Positions 1 through 8,975 of a DNA stretch of 20,000 bases are shown one piece after another; within the stretch, counting starts at the first letter, position 1; each line of letters begins with the position of its first letter. The stretch is from Catajapyx aquilonaris (Eukaryota). Made by a program: the position numbers and the translations under genes. The DNA lies in NCBI GenBank assembly GCA_000934665.2, contig KZ538648.1:50623-70622 (forward strand), given 5' to 3'. Under the pieces are notes generated by a model. That model worked only from the letters and a program-made list of their open reading frames with translations. It was not told where the DNA came from and did not search any database.

Positions 1-2452
1 TGCGGATGGTCCTCTACCTCACCTCGGACTACTCTTTGCTTCTGCTCATGTAGATTCTCCCATCTTCCTTATTTTTCCAGCACGTTTGTTCCTCGAGGAT
101 TTTTTTTGGTGGCACCGTTGCGTGATTTGTTGCATAAGTGAACGTGTAATGCACGTTGGAGTAAGAGTCTGAACCATGCCGAATTATTATCAGAGAGACA
201 AAAGGATTGGTGGGTCTGACCCCCTGCAATGGAGGAATGACTTTGCCTTAGATTTACGGCCTCGAATTGCGGAGAAATCGGTCCGAGAGAAGAACGTGAA
301 ATATTCCAATAGCTAAAGAGTCCCAGGGGACCGGGCAAAATATGGCGCGACATTTTTTTTACGGCCTCTTATCCTATAATTTTGCTTCCTACCCATCCTC
401 CCGGGGGGGTCTCTGCAGGAATGGACCAGATTTATGCGTTTCCTTTCGACTTGCTTTTGGGAATACCTCTGACTTTGTGAGCGGGGGAAAAATGTGTTGC
501 TGCTTCTGTTTCTGTCGTTTGATGTCGTGATTCGAGTTACGACCGGTCAGCAAAAGGTCATTAAAAGTATCCTGCAGAAGTGAGAGCAGGTCACGACTAC
601 TTTGTTTGCAGGGGGTGCAGATGGTTCCTGTTTGCACCCACTTCTTCTTATAAACTGTTTGCCGTCTGATGCTGGCTGCTAGGGGAAGGGTGTTTGCCCG
701 GATGAGGATTACTGGTGTTTGCCAACAAGTCCGGAACCGCTTTTCTTCTCTCCTGGGGAAGAGGAACGTGGGTTGGGTCCGCAAAAAGATTGGTGAATCA
801 TCCAGTCCCCCGGATCATCAAGTGTCCACTGAGGGTTGGAACCCGATGAAGAGGCCTCGAGGACAGACAACCCGCATCGACTGATAGTGGGCAGTGGGCA
901 GTCGGCACAAAAGGGTGGTAGGCTACGCGTCCCTCGAGCAAACATCCCAAAGATCTGGTCCTATTCAGCAACACACTCACTTTGAACTTTCCCCAACCAT
1001 CCATCCATCCACAGTCCGCTTCAAGGGACACACCAACTCTCAATTAGCGGCCACTTCGGACCCTTATTGACTACTTCCAACAATCGGGTCGGAAGTAACA
1101 GCAAGAGGGTCGCTGGGGGAGATGCTGAAGAGGGAAATTTTTTGGGGTAATAATTTTAGTGCAACTAATTGGCATGTTCGCAATATTCAGCCCCCCGGTA
1201 TCATTATTTTGGCATCACACAAAAAAAATTGTTACGCCAATCATCTCCTGCTCTGCTTTTTCCACTTTGTCCGATGCCTAGCATGGGAACCATCCAGCCA
1301 AGAGTGGCCATTTTGTTGCAAAACAGCCCGCAATTTGTCCTCTCCTGGTTTTTTTCTCTCTATATATGAAACACACACAAAAATACACTACCGTCCCCTC
1401 CCCATAGCAAATTATTTCAGCTGAAAGAGCAGTTCTTTGAGCCGGGTTGATCAGCAGCTCCAAACATCCAGTGTATCTAGACTCGTTAGACTGAAAAGGA
1501 GAGGCTGTGAAAAGAGGATAAAAAACGCACACATATTGCCAAAACGCGCGTTACGCACCCAATGGCCTACCCAAAGATTACTTTGGTACATATATATATT
1601 TTTTGAATAGGCTCGAACAGCATCAAACTTTGAATAGAGGGGGGGTGACCTCCGCTTCATTGGCAACCGGTTGAAGCAAGCGGATTAAATCCTGAGCCTC
1701 ATCGACTGTGGCAAATTGACAATTGGGCTTCACTTTGCCTCGCTAAATCTCGATGAATGGGGTACCCTGCATGAATCCATTTTGAGGCGCCATAAAACGT
1801 GCACGTGGTATGTGTGTGTATGGTTAATGGGCACTTTTTGAGGCCTCATCCAATAGGAAAAAGAGATGACCATGTTGGGTTTGCTACTACTGTAGTAGTA
1901 CTAAGCTGGAGAGAGTTGGCGTCCCCCAACTACTCACGTCAGGAAATGGAAAGCAGTTGTTGGCGTCACTTTAGCTGCGGCCATCACGACTTTGACAGAG
2001 ACAACTTGGTGTGTGCGACTGTTGAATATTAAATGCCTGGGAGTAGAGAACGGACTGCTGTCGGGACACACTCTCTCTCCTCTCTCTCTAGGGGAGGGCC
2101 AAAAGGGGTTGGAGGAAATGGGAGGGGATGGTGTTGGCCAGTTAGGCCAACTAACTGGGTTGATGAGGCTTATTTCCTCCACTTGATGACTCCCAGAAAT
2201 TGTGGTCGCTCACTTGCGGTTTTGTTTTCACGTTTTTCGGGGAGGCCAGACTGTTTATAAATTCGGTCCGCATCAATGTAAAGTATACTGTGTATGCAGG
2301 ACCTAAGCACATGTCATTCGGGGGCTTACAGCGGTAATAATAAATGACACTGTACTGTAATTAGTGGGAAATAGGTCATACCATTTTTGTTTGGAGGGAC
2401 AAGCTGTAGCTCTGGACGTACCGGTTGAGCAGGTAGAACAGTCTTATAAATA

Positions 2453-2787
2453 CAGTCAATTGGGGTGAGATTGTGCCAGGTGGGGTGAGATTGTGCCAGG
2501 TGGGGTGAGATTGGGCCAGGTGGGGTGAGATTGGGACAGGTGGGGTGAGATTGTGCCAAATGGGATGAGATTGGGCCAAATGGGATGAGATTGGGCCAGG
2601 TGGGGTGAGATTGTACCAGGTGGTGAGATTGTGCCAGCGCATTTTTGGACAACAGTATGCCCTGCTGGCAGCAAGCGAATTTAGGCATGTTTCACTACAA
2701 GGTGATCAAGGGTTGGCAATGACGAGTAAAATTCGCGGTAGTTGTCCCCCCAAAAGAGTGCTGGCACAATCTCACCCCAATTGACTG
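2453..2787. mobile_element. Non-autonomous TIR element (MITE), Tc1/mariner/pogo-like ends
   Basis: Perfect 27-bp TIR: CAGTCAATTGGGGTGAGATTGTGCCAG (2453-2479) and its reverse complement (2761-2787). Flanked by TA at 2451-2452 and 2788-2789. CAGT termini, no transposase ORF. Confidence 0.85.
2461..2638 (+). repeat. 20-bp minisatellite (TGGGGTGAGATTGTGCCAGG), about 9 copies, inside the left end of the MITE
   Basis: Directly visible 20-nt periodicity with variants (ttgggccagg, tgggatgaga, ttgtaccagg). The last copy carries a 2-nt deletion. Confidence 0.95.
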
Positions 2788-3491
2788 TATATAATTTGAA
2801 ATTATACTTGGGGGGTTTATCCTGGAGGCATTTCAATAAGCGAGTCGGAGCTCCTGAAATTATTATTCTGGATTTCAGCTGAGTGGAATCAACGTGACGG
2901 ACACCAATCCCAAGATAGCAGTGTCTCTAAACGGAAGCAGCTTTCAAAATTCCTCCCTCCAACCCCCTGCTATACTACTCAAATTGTGATTGACGCTCCG
3001 GAGTATTACGCCCCGGATTGGGGAATATGAAGAAAAGCAGATGCACGGGCCTCTCTTTTCATAATATACCTACGTCATGTATGCCATCCCGGTTTTGCAA
3101 ATTCCACACTCCACTTTTGCAGGATATAAGCGACGTGGCTGGGCCTCTTATTTCCTTTTTCGGCAAAAGCAGCAGCAGCGGCTCTCTCCGACGGTAGGGT
3201 ATAGTATTTGCATGGAGCCAGGCACAAGACCGGATTTACGCCAATTGAAGATTTGCATTCCGGAGATGCATGATTTATTATGATCCGGTTCCCACACAAG
3301 GCACCGGAATCAAATAATTGGATTGCCTTGTATTCATTCAGGATTCCAGGAGACGGGTAATTAGGGATTGCGCGCTTCCTCGTTTGCCACCGAGACAAGA
3401 GGAGAGAAGGAGGAGAAGAGAGACACCGGTTTGGGAGATGAGATATAGTCTCTACAGGGTGGTGCACCGCTCAAGTCTCCAACACCACAAT

Positions 3492-3561
3492 ATAGATGGA
3501 GCACCCACCCTCTATGTGCAGTGCTGCCACTCCAGATGTGCGAGGGGTAGTGGGTACTACA
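3492..3561 (-). repeat. Copy of ~65-bp dispersed element (TAGTAC...GTGGCAGCACTG...AGAGG...TGCTCCATCTAT)
   Basis: The reverse complement of 3492-3530 matches 12742-12780 at 32/39, and both have TAGTAC upstream. Confidence 0.75.
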
Positions 3562-4803
3562 TGCACCTTATCTGAGCCAAGATGATGACTTACCCCGGAC
3601 AATTGCTGGCAAGTACTTGATGAGTGACCCACCCTGTTGCCACACAGAGGAGGAAAAACCATGTCCTAGTTCTACTAGTGTCTATATATGGAAAGGACGG
3701 GTTGTCCTTCATCATTTGACTGCATCGCGAATCTTTTTGACAAGACGTTAATGAAGAGGTACCCACCGAGGATATATGAAGCTCATGACTTTTCATGAGG
3801 AGGGAAGGGACGGGGAGGGGTGGAGGAAAGGTGCATTTTAATCAGAGCCTCTAGAGAACGAGACGTGATTTTATGCGCATCAAGCGAATAGACTATTACT
3901 ACTGCGTATCCTGGCAAAATATTCGCAAAATTCGGGTCAGGTCCAGGAACTGGTTGCGGTTATTTGGTACGACTATATTCTTACCAAAAACGAGTGTCCA
4001 TTGTTGCCTTAACGACCTTAAGGAAGCAATTTCTGAAAGAATGCTCAACAACCCTGGGAGGTAAAGTAAGTTCATCTGTTCCGCGTCCAATTAAGATGAC
4101 CGCTTGGGACGGCGAGAATGGGACAACATCAGGTGAAGACTAGAGGTCATCACCAGCACCCCCTCCCACAAAATGGTTATTTCGAGGGTGGGGGTGTTGG
4201 AAATATGATCCTCTTAAGACGATGCCCACCTTGAGAGGCTTGCTGCTGCCCGGACTCTAATTCTCTGCTAATTTGGGAGCCGACACAAACTGAGTTAATC
4301 TCTGCCATTTTGCAGCTTAATGGACTACTTAACCAGGGAGCGGGTCGCATGCAGTATTCAGGTGGGGGGGAGGAAGGCTGGGAAGGGAGGGAAGGTACTG
4401 CCAACTTCAGAACAGTCGGGGTAAACCTTAAGCCGAGGCCGCGAATAAACAGATCCGCGGTTGGAAACAGGTTTATGAGAGCAATTGAATTACACGGACA
4501 ATATGATGAAGGGAAACTGTTTTTGCCCCCCTCTCCAACTTCTCTCACCCCTCCACCATATCCAAGGCTCTTGTCCCACCCTCTCAGGCGATGTTACATT
4601 TCATTACCATAAACGCTGCCCGCTTGTACTGGATCTGCTTCTGATGAGTTTATGTGCCCCGTTTCCAGCATCCAGTTATGGTCCTTTTGCCCAGGTGCTA
4701 TTCAGGTTTTAGTGTGACGGTTTCCAACTGTAGTTAATGGTCAGCCGTAACTGTGGACGTCCTTGCAATGGTTACCGGTTGAGCAGGTAGAGCAGTTTGT
4801 GTA

Positions 4804-5326
4804 CTATAACACGCAAAAAGATTGTCGCACTGTATCCGTGTCAGGGAGCATAATTATACTACGTATAAGAGGCGCAAACTTCTGTCGGCGCCATTGATGT
4901 CCGCGTCTCTCTGTTTGGGGCCGTTTCCAAGGCTGGCGGCCATTTTGAACGCCAACGAGATATAAATAGGGTACAGGCAAAAGTAGGGTCCGCCATATTT
5001 GATGGTTTTGGCGGCCATGGCAACTATACATGGCAAGAACACGCACGAATCAAAGATGGCGGACCCTATTTTTGCCTGTACCCTATTTACACCTCGTTGG
5101 CGTTGCCCGCACTTCAAAATGGCCGCCAGCCTTGGTAACGCCCCAAACAGAGAGACGCGGAAATCGAATGTTTGCGCCTCTCATGTAGTATATGCTCCCT
5201 GTCCGTGTGGTGTCGGCGACTTTGTTGCCAGGTGACGCGATGAAAGCCACCTGGTAGCGCCCAGGATAAACAACAAGTCGCGGACACCACACGGATACAG
5301 TGAGACAATCTTTTTGCGTGTTATAG
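4804..5326. mobile_element. Foldback/MITE-like element, nearly palindromic along its length
   Basis: Outer inverted repeat 4801-4841 vs 5289-5329 matches at 40/41. Inner arms 4842-5003 and 5049-5201 are inverted copies (e.g. ccgcgtctctctgtttggggc / gccccaaacagagagacgcgg). Flanked by TA (4802-4803, 5327-5328), or alternatively by GTAC. Confidence 0.85.
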
Positions 5327-6939
5327 TACTTATACCAGTTGAGCTTGTGTCACGTTGCGTTGGATTAATTTTTCACTCCTGCCCCTGCCAGGTTCAATCC
5401 TCGACTTCATTCTCTCTCCCCATGCATTGTTAACGACGCATACTAAATTGGCGTCCGCAAATTTGTGACGTAATTTTATCCACCTCCTACTCTAGGGTTA
5501 GGCTTTTAGAGGGACTCCGACCCCCAATTTTTTATTATTAAAAAGGAGGTAACGTTGTTGGTGACACCAACAATGGCGGTCCAATGTGTCATCCGGACTG
5601 TGTTTCATGCTCCAGATGATATTTTAACCTCCAAAACCGCAGCAAGCAGATACAATCGTGGTTTGTGCGGCAGAAGGGCTGAGGCCTAATAAATGAGGGA
5701 CGGAGGTGAGGCTCATTGTTGCGGAAAACAATTGGAGAGGGAGAGTAGATAGAGGGTCTGACCCAGCACTTGCGGTCCTGTAGGTTGCGCAGGAAATTAA
5801 AAAAGAAGTGCCACATGTTGACGGAAAATTTGCGGGTGTTGCTCGTTGTTGCGGAGTCGCTGGACTGAAAAGTGTGTAGTGTGGTCACATGGAGAGGTGG
5901 GGAGCATGCATTATGTATTACGCTGTGGGAGAGAGAGAGAGAGACGGAGGGGGGTGGAATTTACACGCATAAACTGCACACAGCCCCATCAAGTTAAGTT
6001 AGTTACATCGCGGGCACAGTTTCCGGCTTTTCTTCCGAGTGAGCCGACGCATCCGGTGCGTTGTTGTCAGTAACTATCACAGCATAACGCGCAGCACTCC
6101 CCCGGAATGTACTGGTCATGCTAAACATGGCTGGTGCTCCATTTTAGCATAAAACAACACAGGTTCCAATGCTGCTGGTGCGGTCCAGTCTAACATTGAA
6201 CAGCAGAGGACGGATCCTAGACGATCAAAACCCTGCTGGGCACAGGTCCAAAATCCATCTTATACAAGGGAGGTGTACAGGGTGCTCGAAAGTGCTGTAG
6301 ATGTATAACGAAGGTTGGAGAGTCTATGAGATATTGAAAGGAGACCCTGGAGCAAGAATCCGGCCAGATCGTTTTATATGCAAAGTGATAGGAGAGAGAG
6401 AAAAAAAACAACCAAAATTCTAAAGATGTGTATAGTTTTTTCGGAAAGCGAATATTTTTGTTGTGAGGGAAGACAGGCCGAAAATTGACTTTTTGCTTGT
6501 TTTTTTTTGGGGGGGGGGGGTCGAAAAAAATGGAGTGAAAACCTAATAAAAGATTCAAAAGCAGCTGTGAAGAGTTTCTGGTGGAGGCGNCCCCCCAAAA
6601 AAAAATGATGTGACCTTCCCTCCCTCAAAAAAATATTGTGAAATCGCAAGTTTGCATTTTGAGTCACGTTCCCATCCGGCCACGTCTGGGCATCCACGCT
6701 CTGGCTTTTGTGACTTGCAAAACGCAATTTCCCAAGCCGTATCAAAACTTTACTGCCAAATCTTCGTCAACGACGTCGCGCCAAATTGTAGAGTGATGGC
6801 CCGGTTTACACCCAAGTACCTTCAGCTGTTCTTAAACGTCATTATCGGTGTAACCAATTTGTGTACTGCAGGAAAATGTAAGCGCATTCCTTGGCTAGGT
6901 AGACTCTGTCTGTCCGCGCCGACTCATCACCAACGTGCT

Positions 6940-6984
6940 TGTAGTACCACTTTACCCCTGAGGATGGCAGCAGCGTGCTGAAAG
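6940..6984 (+). repeat. Partial copy (5' part) of the same dispersed element
   Basis: Ungapped 32/45 identity with 7119-7163 (tgtagtac..cttt...cctg....ggcag.ag.gtgc.ga.ag). Confidence 0.55.
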
Positions 6985-7093
6985 CGTCATTATCGGTTAT
7001 GGCAGGGAAAATAATTATAGGAGTAAGTAAATAAATAAACAAAGGAAAATATCATATACTTCGCCCGCTTTTTTCCAGGCCTGCGTCCTGCGG

Positions 7094-7350
7094 TGTAGAC
7101 CTTTGTCCTCGGTGGATGTGTAGTACTGCTTTCATCCTGTGAGAGGCAGTAGTGTGCAGAGAGGATGCGCTCCATCTGTTAGTGGCGCATTGATTTTTTT
7201 AAATGAGCTTAACCGAGATGTAGACCTTTGTCCTCGGTGGATGTATAGTACTGCTTTCATCCTGTGAGAGGCAGTAGTGTGCAGAGAGGATGCGCTCCAT
7301 CTGTTAGTGGCGCATCGCCCTGTAGATTGATTTTAATGAGCTCAACCGAG
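7094..7350 (+). repeat. Local tandem duplication, period 125 bp
   Basis: 7094-7190 vs 7219-7315 differ at one base in 97. Similarity continues (tgatttt..aatgagct.aaccgag) with an indel. Confidence 0.95.
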
Positions 7351-7526
7351 TGCGCAACACAGTTCGCGCAAATTGTTTCCAACACTAAGCTTGAGGGGGT
7401 AACAATATGGCCGACTTTTGCGATGTTGTCGAGGCTCTGGGACGAACCTTAGAACGTTGTTGTCAGAACAATGGGCTTGCGCGAATGTGGGTGCGCACTT
7501 GGTTGAGCTCGTAAAAAATTCATCTA
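7323..7526. mobile_element. Degenerate MITE with ~50-bp imperfect TIRs
   Basis: TAGATTGATTTTAATGAGCTCAACCGAGTGCGCAACACAGTTCGCGCAA pairs imperfectly with TTGCGCGAATGTGGGTGCGCACTTGGTTGAGCTCGTAAAAAATTCATCTA. TA at both outer ends. Confidence 0.7.
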
Positions 7527-8775
7527 TACCGCCCAAGTTGGGAGCAGGCCGGGCAGTGTTGCCAAGTTTTGTCAACTGGCTCACGCTCGTATGAAATTGT
7601 CGTGATATTGTCGGAAATCACTTGTAACCCCACGGAATTACCTCGATCCCCCGAACACTTCCTGGTCCTCGAAAGCCACGCCATTAGCGACAGTTGTTGA
7701 CCAATCACCTGGCTCTAACCTTCCGAAAAGAAAATCCCGGAAATGAAATCACGTCCAACTCATTGGCCGGAGCGCAATCAACACTCTAGTGATGCCGAAC
7801 CAGACAAGGCAGCAGAACATCTATAGGTCTCCTGCCCTCTGCAAGAAAATTCCAACACCGCGGAAATTCCCTCGACTTGTGTGTTGCCTTTGGCAGCGAC
7901 TTTTACAATGTTATTGGCAAGAGGAAAGGGGGGTGTGTGGTGGTGTGGAGGGTGGATTGATTGATGAGTTTAATTTCTTTGGACCGGGGGGGAGAAAAGG
8001 GGAGGAAGATTTGGACGCTCTCTGAACCCCCCCTCCCTTCTTCTTGCCTTACAACCAACATTTCCGCCCCCAAAATCCTGCTTTTCTGGTCTGCGAGGTA
8101 TGGCGCCCTATAGCCTCCACCAGCAGCCAGCCAAGGCAATGGGCTGTTTAATTGGAAATCACCCCCTTCTCCTACCCCTTACCTCCCCATGGAAGTCCCC
8201 CCCCCCCCCACAAAAAAAAGAAAGTTTGACACTGGCTTGGAGGGGTTGAAATTATTTCGCGCGGGTTCCAAATGTACGACGACAGGGGCCGACTTTAGGG
8301 GTTGGCCCCCAAAATGACAAGCGCAACTTAGGAAATTACCCGAAATCCCCGTCAAGGTTCGGGACCATTTGGAAAGGGTGGAGGGGGGGGGGGGAAGGCA
8401 ATCACATGCACTTGATGAGCGTGTCGGATCACGATTAGTTGCTACCTTTTCTAATTAGCAAGGGTTGCAAATTTATGCCACGAATTTGAACTGCGAATAA
8501 ATTTGCCTGGCCAAAAGAATGGGAAAAAACTTCATGCAGATAAATAAACAGTGGTGTCTAACACGTGCCGCAATTATATATTTTAATGTCATTATGTATT
8601 AATTGCACATTTGCGTATGTAAAGCTGAGATGCGGCAACATATATGGACGTAAAAAAGTTTCAAGATTGTACCTGATTGTATACCATCAGTTTTTGCTCA
8701 TTTTGCAACCAGTTTTTCCTAGTGTTCTTGTCTTCAGTAATCTGTGGGACCGGAAGTATGTGTTTTTACTGTAAC

Positions 8776-8878
8776 TGTGGGGACTACTGTCCCCCACAAT
8801 TTCTCTTGTGGGGACATTTTGGGTCCCCACATCTTTACACACTAGAACGGTACAGTTATAGTGGGGACATGTCCCCAC
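8776..8878. repeat. Cluster of three GTGGGGAC/GTCCCCAC palindromic units
   Basis: 8776-8798 (imperfect), 8807-8831 (9-bp arms, 7-nt loop) and a perfect 18-bp palindrome gtggggacatgtccccac at 8861-8878. Confidence 0.85.
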
Positions 8879-8923
8879 AATTTCGATTTGCATGGTTTCA
8901 CAAAAAGTCAATTTCTCTCAGCC

Positions 8924-8975
8924 TAGGTAAGGGTAGGTAATGGTAGGTTAGGTTAGGTTAGGTTAGGTTAGGTTA
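8924..8975 (+). repeat. Interstitial (TTAGG)n array
   Basis: Six perfect GGTTA units at 8946-8975, preceded by degenerate units. Confidence 0.9.

Noticed and set aside
1053..1096. Small hairpin acttcggaccc / gggtcggaagt as possible pre-miRNA
   Set aside because: The stem is too short and imperfect to support a call.
2326..2688. Three overlapping repetitive ORFs (HLAQSHPTW / GPISPH repeats)
   Set aside because: These are translations of the 20-bp minisatellite. The unit is not a multiple of 3 and lies inside a MITE.
6483..6494. AAATTGACTTTT recurring here, at about 8903-8914 (minus) and at about 19782
   Set aside because: Short AT-rich word with no extended flanking similarity.
6821..6866. 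Minus-strand exon-like segment (ttttcctgcag ... gtactt)
   Set aside because: Stops in all three frames and a weak donor.
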